From a virus: a DNA stretch of 64,000 nucleotides. The DNA lies in the IMG/VR virus record IMGVR_UViG_3300028571_000013, positions 61,190 through 125,189 of that record, one strand, 5' to 3'. Below are positions 28,301-34,466 of the stretch, piece after piece (the first letter of the stretch is position 1; each line of letters starts with the position of its first letter). Position numbers and translations under genes: made by a program. The notes beneath the pieces were generated by a model. It made no database searches, had not been told where the DNA came from, and worked only from the letters and a program-made list of their open reading frames with translations.

Positions 28301-30876
28301 GTAAACCTGGACAAAATATTAATAATGCTAAGACTCCATTTGTTAATGATACCAATTCTATTATTATTGAATTATTAACAGCATATGGTAAAGCATATGG
28401 TATTGAAGCAGATATTCCAACTAATAATAATTCATTTAATGAGTGGATTAAAGGTATCAACCCTGAGACTGCAACTAGTCTACCATCAGTATCTACCAAA
28501 AAGAGTTGGACATTAGACAAGCTTCAAAATCATTATGCTTTAGGAGAGACTGCTGCTGATACAGAGGGTAATTTTGCAGCAAAGTTTGGTTTGTGGGGTG
28601 TCGATGGTACAGAAAACTCTTTCAATAATAATTTTACAGAGCAATACAAAGAGAAATTTTTACAAAAAGCACGAGACTATCTGGTAAGCAAATCTCAGAA
28701 AACTGCTAATGAACAATATCGTTTACCAGAAAATACAGATAATTATCTGAAAGCTATAGATGCGTTTGCTTCATATACTGGTGGAATGGATAGGGATATT
28801 TACGGAAAAGTTAATCCGGGTTTTGGTACGCTAAATATAGATAAAGGCATTGAAGGAGCGGACGATCAAGAGAAGCTAAAGAAATTACGTAGTAAAATTA
28901 GTAGAGCATATGTGAAGTATAAGAGAGAAAATATAGATAAGGCTTTTGGTGGCATAACACCAACTAATATTGATAGATGGAAGAGTGTTGATAATAGATA
29001 TGGCTTCCCAGGTAGTCCAGAAGAGGTTAGGGATACTGTATTAGCAGATGTTAATACTTTAGATAGAATTAATAATTTAGATAATTATATGTTAAGTAAT
29101 AAGGTATCACCAGCAGATATTCGTTCGTTTACTGGTGGGGCTAATTTATTGATGGCTAATAATGGTCCTATAGGAGATGCTGTTGCTGGATCTTTCTCAG
29201 ATGTTGATGGAAATAAGGTAAAGGGAGATATTAAATTAGTAGATTTCTTGGTTAACGCACTAGACTTTTCAGCTCCTAGTCTTGTTAATGATAGACAAGC
29301 TAGGATTGATACGATTATAGGCATGGAGCTTGCTTCAAAAGTAAAAAATCCAAATCCAAGATATGCGCAGGCAGAAATTGATCTTGATACAGATCTAGAA
29401 AATATTAAAGATTCTTATAAGTTGTGGGACTCTCTCCAATCATATAGCATTGATCCAACAACTAAAAAATCAACAGTCGATTATATTAATCCAGATACAT
29501 TGGCTCTGGATACTTTTACCGGAGACAAGGATTCGGTAAATATTGCTGGCCAAAATATAGAGGCAAACTCTGGTTTCTTTAGGAGTTATGCTGGTGCCTT
29601 CACAGATGATGCTCCAGAATATAATCGATTAAAGCAAACTATTTCATATCTTGGTTCATTTGCTGGTGCAGGGTTGAAGTCTGCTGATCAGATGACAACT
29701 ATGCCTTCTCCATTTGATAATGATGCTTTTATCATGACTAAAAAAGAAAAGCAAATGCAGAGCGTGGCAACAAAACCAATTGGGGCGGCGGGTGCGGGAA
29801 CTGCTCCACCAGCGGGAACCTCTCCTCCAGCGGGAACCTCTCCTCCAGCGGGAACCTCTCCTCCAGCGGGAACCTCTCCTCCAGCGGGAGCCGCGCCAGC
29901 ATTAACTGGTGATGTTAAGACCCAAATTCAAACAATGCGTGAATCAGTAATAGGCAGTACTGGTAAAGCTAATAGTATTTTTGCTGATAATGCTCTACAA
30001 GATAGCGAAGCTAATGAATATAGTCCTATGTTAGATAATTTAGGAAGTTTATTATTTTCTAATATATCATCGTTTAGGGGTGATTCAGAGGCAGAAGCTA
30101 AGGCATGGTGGGCATATAAAAAACATTATCGTACAATAAAAAGATTTGGAGATCCTTTTGATCCTAAAGTGGTAGCTTCTAAGCCAAATATGGAAAGTAT
30201 TAATACAGAAAGGACTCTGAGAGGTAAACTAAATGAAATGATTCAACAGCCCAAGTATTTATCTAGTGGTGGTCCAGCACTAGTTAATTATCAACCAAAG
30301 GGAACTGACACCGTACCAGCCATGTTAACCCCCGGCGAATTCGTTATTAATAAATCATCAGCATCTAGACATATGCCATTATTACAAGCTATTAATAGTG
30401 GTGGTATTTCTTATGCTAGTTCTGGTGGTGTAATCAATCCTGTATATAAGGCTAGGGCCGGTGGAGTAGGAAATATGATGGGTATGGTTCAAGGCTTTGG
30501 AAAAGCTATGGGTTTTGATATGGGTGGAGCCAGTGCAGTGTTTGATAGCTTTATCAAGTCATTCAATACCGAAACCAATAATTTTGGATCTTTAATCAAT
30601 AATCTTGCTAAGGTATTTCCTGCTCTTAATGGTCCAGTTAATGCTTTTGGTGGTCATGTTGATAAATTAGTAAAAGCTCTTAATGAACTAAAATCGATAG
30701 AAATTAAGGGACCAAATATTCCTAATACTATTAATGTTAATAGTGAAACTATAAGAGTAGAATTAGTAGGACCAGAAAATACTAACTATAAATTAAGCCC
30801 AGATGATCAGAAAAAGATCTCAGACTCTGTAGCACTACAACTAAAAACATTAATTACAATGGGTAGAATTGCATAA
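13315..30876 (+). CDS. Giant multidomain tail tape measure protein (5853 aa) with embedded enzyme/effector-like domains
   Basis: TP901-type TMP core near the N-terminus (FDKELVRLSQVTG...LAQAG...RESAETIATGLRTIFTRIQ); repeated GTDTVPAMLTPGEFV-type motifs; internal ART, HAD, PD-(D/E)XK and J-like motifs. Confidence 0.9.
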   Translation: MAAAFNLTAQINLRGPTNTKSIASSIRKQLSNIKVKIDLDMKGSSAKSIALVNKGLQSIATNASKANSNINQLNASIQQLATSLGGLAASSPQALAATGKAASSAGKSVSTATSQMQEFGKQSGLAIRRFAAFSTVTGVIYSLTNAITSAFKEFITFDKELVRLSQVTGSSMTALSDITKEITRLSTTLGVTSSDLLQVSVTLAQAGLSAQDTKTALEALAKSALAPSFDDLNSTVEGSIALMRQFGISSGELEGALGSINAVAAAFAVEASDIIVAIQRTGGVFAAASNGVSQGTDALNEFISVFTSVRATTRESAETIATGLRTIFTRIQRGATIETLKEYGVVLTDLEGKFVGPYEAVRRLSEGLNGLDTRDLRFSKVVEELGGFRQIGKVIPLIQQFATAENALSIAQKGQSSLSKNAVEAQKSLAIQFEKTRQAFVALIRDVGNSSTFRTIATISLTTANAFVSLASALKPLLPMLTALAAIKGASILSEFTSGFVGGLGKGAPDGGDDGGGGGGAGGGGSGGGGSGGKSGKSGKGKGPASSKVVMANTHATAANTSQLSIVNTTLVGMITSLNNLTQIIDNAFPPSGGTGSGPTTASKGGRILGFKRGGSVPGYGRGDKVSALLEPKEYVMSRDAVEKYGTGTFDAMNSGGAIQRFSVGGGTDAISTYKASSMGLNRSLMLGTPLTKEQQKINKDLSKQAKDKLPKQLYSGIGENRLNIIKKQVGDKLQESKGKTFSLPGFLSTSSDSSIAMEFARQGLLTILTNPKKKGINTNKRVSTEYDLEKEFILPQNSKFKVLKAEQSQSAVRPGSSLKKEKSNLDVQQLASGGAIQKFGKGSSGGKGVKASKPNSQSLVDLPPDKDTHFTHLDARVEAKDFPKEFQNYLKKNKKTSVVDALYSSMGLDLPRNWNLDWSQSPNSAGSSSKLLSDYISKPSNEIFKTLLGNRKSSSAAEKYGFEGREKSIAAGFLSEAQDNIRSNLASLIKSNSKKFYDTDKDDVSTTMPDLLERSIGKSLPKSKSPVLMEALKTKIAYVGKNSKGKDYRDRINREMRKVLNSNKKSNGGFIQKFADAGEVDIDESLLRPYGQVGVLAKKSLKGDAGLSIEEAVREVLVKQLAGLGNEAGIAELTAIPANLRRKLRKDMISKGQIDLLGASDVINNALSSKGVQDAEYAAKVEKMKKVGVVGLVDGQGKLDYSKDFDNWDIGNNRTVYAYARGFKSQYFDAVTKMQQQTASAKGQFAENLQYADIFTGEPLAFDFDETLVAGADILNDKGKPDIPKYSDRTIVQEALKKGRLTKLGAKLKSLIDADPDFIKQTRILTARPQNTEDLLAQTLQSFGLPYKADDVTGVSQGPGTDIAGAKAANLSKTEKLIDDNLDNVRAAEKSGKKAYQYREPGLAPEYQELMGQGNIEGAVVEAALAELGASLPPIAQLEQNRAVDFENGLGPAAKYFGIPSNIPTEVKRTLTGYAFDRARKEFGRYYDENPSKWFEGGQIQAFDEGSMGGVKPDRSTKNKRRGAYGTRGFTPLSPSEHSSFAAQAYRDADSDDSVEWSDHYGMKMPKVLADYYDKLNKWTFESGGAGIAIGKKLVKLPDDIDPEALEALKPDLIKQYDGWYTEVEEVLPFGRPTETKNPALAAKQARASAALTAESRNTAYTQAEDAIGSFKKTGQLSFDPSIDSHIKSSFPSYISELEDELKSTSDPDEKISIQRKLSKAQKAWPDYQALTKGTSVPNQGRVTALSETLYTLLDQYGSGDVAVSELDNILKAMGQKLPVKKAHGGILQKFSIGGKLSRGSNVQNTTQGFAVGGETEALSDLRDWTNVQQDPNFQQAVTDFEGLYGRNNVMNKPQFDAYDKDKSKTPKIGMDEGLSGASYKVTPGMIEQKGAEYQDIIANRVAGYRKANKVQQAAIEKNKIKSPAQQAMEDAPFFKDARIQKALEDQGKGMRDYEPRPKQYAIGGILQKFADGGAPGKKYSWRESKGVMDSFNSKRTWYDVFEHNPEGGAKVVHSGSFDEVLKFLQDNRSKDTEQKSSEDPMKKLAGGGRIKLYHGSNTGVDDATLKSFKEKGALSDVAQGYGQGAGFYVYSGKEKAKEQAQMRVKGGLGSFAVVSGDTAGKPMVLTFEEALDPATWDLDYELNKGSVVKWLAQNFDKIKDKVAPGEKLTGIKDVVSPDSSKGIMSHGIRVQSDTGSIKTIYSGIDSDLREGELVGQIMNRLQSNDPEMVHGFENQFFKSPSLASGEWDNLALKYVGSSPLKPVDIETFAAGGSVQQFARGGVPALVSNGEAYIPPSTAKSIGYGTLNRMNQADKNGMGRFAVGGGVGVFKGPGSGTSDSIRTNLPVGSFILREKATKALGFNRGGSVGVRKFATGGGVGADRMDYLNRIADKLGITVQQYERSIREKIYKSAKGSAESKTSAQSDVGDVLIKNLENIGDASVEQATRESLTELISKIDPNIDATKLGSTIDDVITGMKNGLSVDELKQTSSDLKDILEKDISIVSELADAHKKYESELGFLTGKMKVRGIDVRAQKSLKEGKFGALESGNLRQAQRNLESPTGQRIDKFGEALKTQNIPGMKLLSSAFPKVADRLTTLGDKIGGVTGIIGSGSALLSTQMPGFLKSIDAFAGTVSEASPAVAGLQGALRDAGSFGLSGAIVGKQAFGAKGAAVGGAVGLAGGAVSGFIKESTSKEVELAMKGVSAASSDLDKTLSQLSGAKTFGERAELQDRAAKNYEALNTALEKSTSTIQQNKIWTSLASGLEGFLSGLTMVIGFMAAAQMGGPTLGPGSGKGSKGKKGGGGKGKKAAGGPIGFANGGLVPVKLADGEGVFTPPLPASTGEMKKMNNADRNGYKPSFSGAMSIVPGGGSGKVDNFETMLPEGSYVVRADAMKAMQEQEMATSNKGGSIGAHQSKISITGSTPKLSSGGEVQHFASGGQIQRLASGGGTRGYAVGGIVNLIMRGLKMGLGSALGAAVMNGLLSALGQFFDTSAQDVQLQAELQALDQLRRIADNSEAFATGNKSYANRIMRNSDVVEKASLTPEERRASYGRKESGGKLNSLNILQEQEMRSSLGAEGMVVNDQQSVQEYLDTLGAGSEKRKKADAAIVKAQERLRKRIYIEARVRQGQDKEVARKEYEGAIGKDGKVRNAKSAGKVNNLVDQELGRENRSRVLADRLEIINRDVKKFTLNISDVMSRLSSSMARIVSEIDASATRAMNISGEFSGQGARANEPDAQNVRVLENITAYTRDELSSVVDNVTAGLGDNEQTKQIGSFVKGLQAIEQELPLILRDTEGGNLEAGSRSNIESRLSDMFAGLDMAPGIRKKLEDSVLEWIDSGTSINRKGMSVDDLADNIQAFKELKDSGEKARKTLEDYARKQLEVNRKLGAMSDSLAAQFDKLADNSIKVKDINLQAALQLKEKFGQTLSLREMTSPFEASVGGLTGGLTDPATIGQEISKAIAEKRILEADPSKSTSALGSGDIAKLTSKINKYTKALDLLANNTDRASAALKKIDEQSQISAGRRRSVMDFFDIIDNPEAMLGFAKETQSYGRVMGGAGSIGDIKGAKSTLQSLEGTKTPEEYQRLQQQFFDNVTRILANAGGDPAVFNQFKDMFAGDFGRTEDNPQIKPYIDAFNQAATVQTQAVRTQSDLIRQGGELLSRALSTSADDFTNKMQTAITNIVNELNAVATRLGVGGGAVPAPPHAKGGLINYYAMGSMVDFAPKGTDTVPAMLTPGEFVVNRAATSRNLPLLQNINSGKYSSGGSVKYLAKGGLLDRSVRTRFPMVPDTEWDKLAGTSDHIPLSSFPQSDLLKYVDFRSASKDNVLNKSELDSYNSAVQQHHDRYLSGSAQQKYKVLSDNNLLIDNLQKEKKQSSGFLGFGGDKNKTKQTSQALNKAIAFRDKELKAGSGLDWYKTYEAAHAIQNNKRITGGRNILEENYFGGDRNFPFTPEFMKVDNAFRNAKLGLEPADFESLMYGLASKAIPGVLGAVGGGLGAIAGGSIGTLGGLITGPGAIVTGTAGALSLGFTGGMLGDQIGQNINSYIWDKYIPESMKNRVMEKMKASPESYSGGQWIGFGAELMGGAAADDMIRKGMTSAFGKATSVSAKMLQNGSITSNAIKLAPNSIPIANADEITNRSLALFKGGAEQTVQKSKRVVGGSGKVAVPEMPAPKSEAPAGGRATATVSPRNLKAIQELLQNSGLKYNNVDNLLDDLVRNPSGKGVFEILGKPPQTGSGVLKLQRLLHPDTAATYLPDISADILNTGSKKFQRIFNIAQNKDILNRYSSLIDDGYSPNNIVDAFKGNDPPYFIRSQLGQKPGAPKSRAKAPEASTGTATPKPGSTTPPQPKTDVPPRGKAPESSTSATPKPTDMSAPPKPTDMSAPPKPSRGKAGDGSTGTKPKPTPPKAPSGAPWSDTVKTKLAQLWENSKNTVGSAKNFWDKLPSWARKGISWGSTGLGLYGGKAIWDWATGNSSVTIPDATPSGTPTGGPLPPSTFGDDPLEPIKYAVEEAKRKYESTQAGRMDAFKTQDGQYSFGQVVSAAANLGLKDPMGITDFRARYAKIPKFELGDGSEAGQLLTQKERQDKQDELDSLNNQIGDIAQYDVDNDPNIKVLLGRRNELRKQLESDYRGQLNLGVPTGDKPPKFTLSSPKVPRSKEDFGLTDDMIDPVSGKPLPGLVNAAKDSPIIKELSNLTSHQATLNRKDDSGSATPGQTNGSLLSKYKLDFEDLEKESANANMRNGQDLLNRFNKLKKSYVKDFGPVNDLDDQDIAFGMDAQGKAKAQGEVIRKHLGGKLGDSSFVGAPFKGGQSNGATPQEKAKARKAIDEMKTKYGVSTDDELKNKLEGASVKEQKIINADKGWTRFDNNKKTYHSELEKYWMIRARWENREKLKADPTLMMTGSPNLSSEDVTKLNTEIQDLDGQIQTAAPGKQDVDDLVRRRQEKLDQLHQGQGIKFESVPPMEYLLFNTPHDSSHLNPFNTFDNNSYAYGKPGQNINNAKTPFVNDTNSIIIELLTAYGKAYGIEADIPTNNNSFNEWIKGINPETATSLPSVSTKKSWTLDKLQNHYALGETAADTEGNFAAKFGLWGVDGTENSFNNNFTEQYKEKFLQKARDYLVSKSQKTANEQYRLPENTDNYLKAIDAFASYTGGMDRDIYGKVNPGFGTLNIDKGIEGADDQEKLKKLRSKISRAYVKYKRENIDKAFGGITPTNIDRWKSVDNRYGFPGSPEEVRDTVLADVNTLDRINNLDNYMLSNKVSPADIRSFTGGANLLMANNGPIGDAVAGSFSDVDGNKVKGDIKLVDFLVNALDFSAPSLVNDRQARIDTIIGMELASKVKNPNPRYAQAEIDLDTDLENIKDSYKLWDSLQSYSIDPTTKKSTVDYINPDTLALDTFTGDKDSVNIAGQNIEANSGFFRSYAGAFTDDAPEYNRLKQTISYLGSFAGAGLKSADQMTTMPSPFDNDAFIMTKKEKQMQSVATKPIGAAGAGTAPPAGTSPPAGTSPPAGTSPPAGTSPPAGAAPALTGDVKTQIQTMRESVIGSTGKANSIFADNALQDSEANEYSPMLDNLGSLLFSNISSFRGDSEAEAKAWWAYKKHYRTIKRFGDPFDPKVVASKPNMESINTERTLRGKLNEMIQQPKYLSSGGPALVNYQPKGTDTVPAMLTPGEFVINKSSASRHMPLLQAINSGGISYASSGGVINPVYKARAGGVGNMMGMVQGFGKAMGFDMGGASAVFDSFIKSFNTETNNFGSLINNLAKVFPALNGPVNAFGGHVDKLVKALNELKSIEIKGPNIPNTINVNSETIRVELVGPENTNYKLSPDDQKKISDSVALQLKTLITMGRIA
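15319..15807 (+). other. VIP2/C3-like ADP-ribosyltransferase domain within the TMP
   Basis: Y..(6)..LNRSL, LYSG (R replaced by S), GFLSTS, E-K-E-FILP..SKFKV. Confidence 0.75.
17092..17511 (+). other. HAD-superfamily phosphatase domain within the TMP
   Basis: AFDFDETL (motif I), ILTAR (II), K (III), LIDDNLDN (IV). Confidence 0.85.
19465..20118 (+). other. H-Y-type (PARP/diphtheria-toxin clade) ADP-ribosyltransferase-like domain within the TMP
   Basis: IKLYHGS...GYGQGAGFYVY..KEKA pattern. Confidence 0.6.
29794..29889 (+). repeat. 18-bp tandem repeat (CCAGCGGGAACCTCTCCT x4 plus partial copies) encoding PPAGTS
   Basis: Four perfect copies at 29809-29880. Confidence 0.95.
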
Positions 30877-30925
30877 CTATGATTATTAAATATTATAATA
30901 CATACTACGAGGTTATTTAATATCT

Positions 30926-32521
30926 ATGTTTAAAGTAAAAACAGAAACATTAGTAGAAAATATTAGCACACAAGCTATTGATGGAGCAACTGTGTCTTTA
31001 GCTGGATCAACCCTGGACCCAGCGCCATTTGTATCATTATCTGTTGAGCAATATAGGGCTGGAGATTTGATTATTGGTGGCTCTTTAATAGTTTCATTAA
31101 ATGGTACAGTTTATACAACTACTGGTGGATTTGGTAACATTGCTAGTCAACTACAAGCAAAATTTAAAACAATAGGCAGTAAGGGAGATTGTGTTAATTT
31201 AAATATTAATTGTAGTGGTACAGAATTGGTTAATGGTTATGGAACAATACGCTCCGTTAACATAGACGAAGGTCCAAGTCCAAGCTGGACCCAAATTGCT
31301 ACATATTCTATTGAGATAGAAATGTATGTTAATATTAATGAATTAGTTGTTAAGCCAAATACCGCCGCCTCTCAGTATGTAACAACAAACGAGATTATAA
31401 AAGATTTATCTGAATCTATTACTTTAAATGTTGATAATGATGCATTTGCTAGTGATACCTTGTCGGGCACTAAGGCTGGTAGAGCACATGCAAAATATAG
31501 TTTTAGTGTTAGTGCTACTGGTGGTGCTGTGGGTTGTAAAAATTCATTCTCTCAAAAAACAGGATTAGAAGCCGCTGAAGAAGTTATTAAGAGACGAATA
31601 TCATCAATAGAAAGTGGTAATGTTTCAACATCAATAGCCGTCCCCTCCTCCCTCGTATCTGCATTATCTAGCTATAATTCTGGTACTAAGTGTATGCAGA
31701 TTCGCAGTATTGATGCTGATCCCATAAGTGGAACAATGACGGTAAATGGTGATCTTATCATTAGGCCGAGTGGTACAACTTATCCAAATGCTTTTATAGA
31801 TATTAGCGTTGATGCTAGGGCAGAAACGGCTCAGGTTGGACGAAACGTTACAATCTCAGGTACTATTGAGGGATTATATACAACAAGTTTTAGTGATTTA
31901 ATAACTAATGGAAATTTTCACTCTGGTATCAGCAAAATTAGTAATGCTGAGTCTGCATATAATTCATTAAAGGGTTCTTTTGCCGATTTTGCTAATCGAT
32001 ATCTTGAAGGGTTCTTATCAGATAGTTCAGACTGTACATCTGGTGGTTTATTAGCCATCTGCGCAAGTTATGTTGCTCCTAGTGAGTGTGGTATACGACT
32101 AGTTAATCGTAGCGTAACCAGAAACTTTGGACAAGGTAGCATATCTTTCTCTGACGAATATTCTACAGCTCGTAATTGTAGTATTCCTGGAGCAGCAAAG
32201 GTTGAGAGTGAAATAACCCACACATATCCTACAGATATTTTTGCTGAATTTACAATTCCGTTCAGAGGCGAACCACTCATGCAAAATCTTGGAACAACAA
32301 CAAAAGAAACTGTTTCTGTTAACGTAAATGTTACTGTAGAAAATCCTGGTTGCGATATAAGAGATCTTAGTGGAGTTATAGGATGTGCACAAGGAGAAGC
32401 AGATAATCTGGGTTCTTCGGAAGGTGCTGGCGGATGGTATCTCACACAAAATACGGTTACAAAAAGCAATACTGGAACCTTAAGAATTAGTAAAGAATGG
32501 ACTAAACCTTATAATTGTTAG
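30926..32521 (+). CDS. Putative distal tail / baseplate protein
   Basis: Directly follows the TMP; beta-rich, Cys-containing. Confidence 0.5.
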   Translation: MFKVKTETLVENISTQAIDGATVSLAGSTLDPAPFVSLSVEQYRAGDLIIGGSLIVSLNGTVYTTTGGFGNIASQLQAKFKTIGSKGDCVNLNINCSGTELVNGYGTIRSVNIDEGPSPSWTQIATYSIEIEMYVNINELVVKPNTAASQYVTTNEIIKDLSESITLNVDNDAFASDTLSGTKAGRAHAKYSFSVSATGGAVGCKNSFSQKTGLEAAEEVIKRRISSIESGNVSTSIAVPSSLVSALSSYNSGTKCMQIRSIDADPISGTMTVNGDLIIRPSGTTYPNAFIDISVDARAETAQVGRNVTISGTIEGLYTTSFSDLITNGNFHSGISKISNAESAYNSLKGSFADFANRYLEGFLSDSSDCTSGGLLAICASYVAPSECGIRLVNRSVTRNFGQGSISFSDEYSTARNCSIPGAAKVESEITHTYPTDIFAEFTIPFRGEPLMQNLGTTTKETVSVNVNVTVENPGCDIRDLSGVIGCAQGEADNLGSSEGAGGWYLTQNTVTKSNTGTLRISKEWTKPYNC

Positions 32522-32529
32522 TAGGATAA

Positions 32530-34458
32530 ATGAACAATCAATTGTACTCAATAGATATTAATAAACCAAAATGTTTAAATAGAACTAATGGTAGCATCAT
32601 CATAACTGATCTATCCAATGGGCTATTATCTTTTTCATGGTTAGATGTTCCAAATACTGCCTCTGTAGCGGATTATGGGAGAGCTATTTATAATTTAAAT
32701 TGTGGCATATATACACTTGATATATATAATATTAGAGATAGGAGCACAGAGACTATAGCCATAGATCTCTCTTGCCCTAATGAGCTTAGTATCGATTTGA
32801 TACAAATGGATGAACTATTATGCTATAATGATACCTCAGATTTATTTATAGAATGGTCTGGAGGACAGCCCCCATACAATTTAAGTATAAATGCTTTTCG
32901 TATTACAACAGACAATACATCTTATACCTATAAAATCAGATCTAATAATGGTTATAATATTTCTATTATAGATAGCTATGGTTGTCTTGTAGCTAAAAAC
33001 GACATAAAAATTTTATCTGAACAGCTATCTGTTGATGTGAGATGGGAGCCTATAACTGAACATAAGAGTAAATCACCTAATGTATCTTGTATAGTTTCTG
33101 GAGGTAAGTCGCCATATAGAGTGGCTTGGTTTACAGATACAGACAAGCAACCAATTGTTGTTAATCAAACATCTATTAATGATAAATTATATACAGGTAA
33201 TTATAGAATAGTTGTAATAGACGATAATGGTTGTGAGATTCAAAAAACTTTTACTATCAGTGAGCCACCACCCCTTTCTGTAAATATCTCAACATTTAAT
33301 GACTATAGTACAAAGTCTTTATTTGATCCAGTTAACTCTCACAGAGTTCATAATCTATTACTTTTACCAGAACATAAAGATATTAAAATTACTCAAGAAT
33401 CTTTATTAAAATCTTCTAGTATATTCTTAAAATATAATAATACTAAAATAGAACAAAAATTATGTATGGATTATGGTTCTATAGAAATAGATGATCAAAA
33501 ATATAACTATTATTATGTATCGCCAGGGCTCCAAAATCCTAAAACTCACAAACTAAAACTAATAGTTGATGATGTAGAGCATGATCTTGAACATGTTTTT
33601 GGCAGTAACCGATCTAAACTAGTTATTGGTTCGCTTATTATGAATAATGATCACAGCTTTGCTTATAAAAATAAAGATATTATTCGTATTTATTCTAATG
33701 ATAATGAAAATATAGATGCTCAAGTACATCAGGTCTATATTAAAGCCGGTTTATATTTATCTCCTAGTATTTATACTATTATTAATTTTATTCATCCAAC
33801 TAGTACAGACCCCAATGTTCTTCTTTTCATAAACAATAACTCTAACCTGTCTGTTCAATCTTTAACAACGAAAAGTAACAAGAGACTTGGTTCTATTCGT
33901 TGTAATGTTTTAAATGCTGATAAATTTTCTTTACAAGCCATTATTATTAATGAATACAATGAATCAGAAATATTTTCATTTAATAATCAAAATACTCTTA
34001 CTATTAATAATATAAAATATGGTCATTATAGAATAATTATCAAAGATAAAAATAGTACAGCTTATACATATAATCAAAAAAATATTAATACAGAGTATTA
34101 TTCTATAGATATATTAGATTCTTCTGAAGCAGAAAGAGAGCTCTCCATGATTCAATCTGCTGATATCTATCATATAGACTCCTCTTTATTAAATGTTTAT
34201 AATAAACCTCCCAATAAGCTATTATTTTCTGACCCAGAATACAAGAATGGGGTATTAATGAATATCAGCCCCTCGGATTCTTGCTACAATATAGTTGGTG
34301 AAAATATAAATATTACGGATTGTGGATATAAAATTATCAAAGATTTACCACACGGTAAATATAGTATTAGGATCTTTAAGGATGGATACAAAACACAAAA
34401 ATTAGAATTATTCTATAATACAAATAAAGAGCTTGTAACAACTATTCTAGAGAGGTAA
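32530..34458 (+). CDS. SprB-repeat / Ig-like domain protein
   Basis: Repeats of SGGxxPY..W...L..GxY...I.D.NGC. Confidence 0.6.
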   Translation: MNNQLYSIDINKPKCLNRTNGSIIITDLSNGLLSFSWLDVPNTASVADYGRAIYNLNCGIYTLDIYNIRDRSTETIAIDLSCPNELSIDLIQMDELLCYNDTSDLFIEWSGGQPPYNLSINAFRITTDNTSYTYKIRSNNGYNISIIDSYGCLVAKNDIKILSEQLSVDVRWEPITEHKSKSPNVSCIVSGGKSPYRVAWFTDTDKQPIVVNQTSINDKLYTGNYRIVVIDDNGCEIQKTFTISEPPPLSVNISTFNDYSTKSLFDPVNSHRVHNLLLLPEHKDIKITQESLLKSSSIFLKYNNTKIEQKLCMDYGSIEIDDQKYNYYYVSPGLQNPKTHKLKLIVDDVEHDLEHVFGSNRSKLVIGSLIMNNDHSFAYKNKDIIRIYSNDNENIDAQVHQVYIKAGLYLSPSIYTIINFIHPTSTDPNVLLFINNNSNLSVQSLTTKSNKRLGSIRCNVLNADKFSLQAIIINEYNESEIFSFNNQNTLTINNIKYGHYRIIIKDKNSTAYTYNQKNINTEYYSIDILDSSEAERELSMIQSADIYHIDSSLLNVYNKPPNKLLFSDPEYKNGVLMNISPSDSCYNIVGENINITDCGYKIIKDLPHGKYSIRIFKDGYKTQKLELFYNTNKELVTTILER

Positions 34459-34466
34459 TAGGATTT

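Noticed and set aside
29794-29889. CRISPR-like array
   Set aside because: The repeats are contiguous with no spacers and are in-frame coding sequence.
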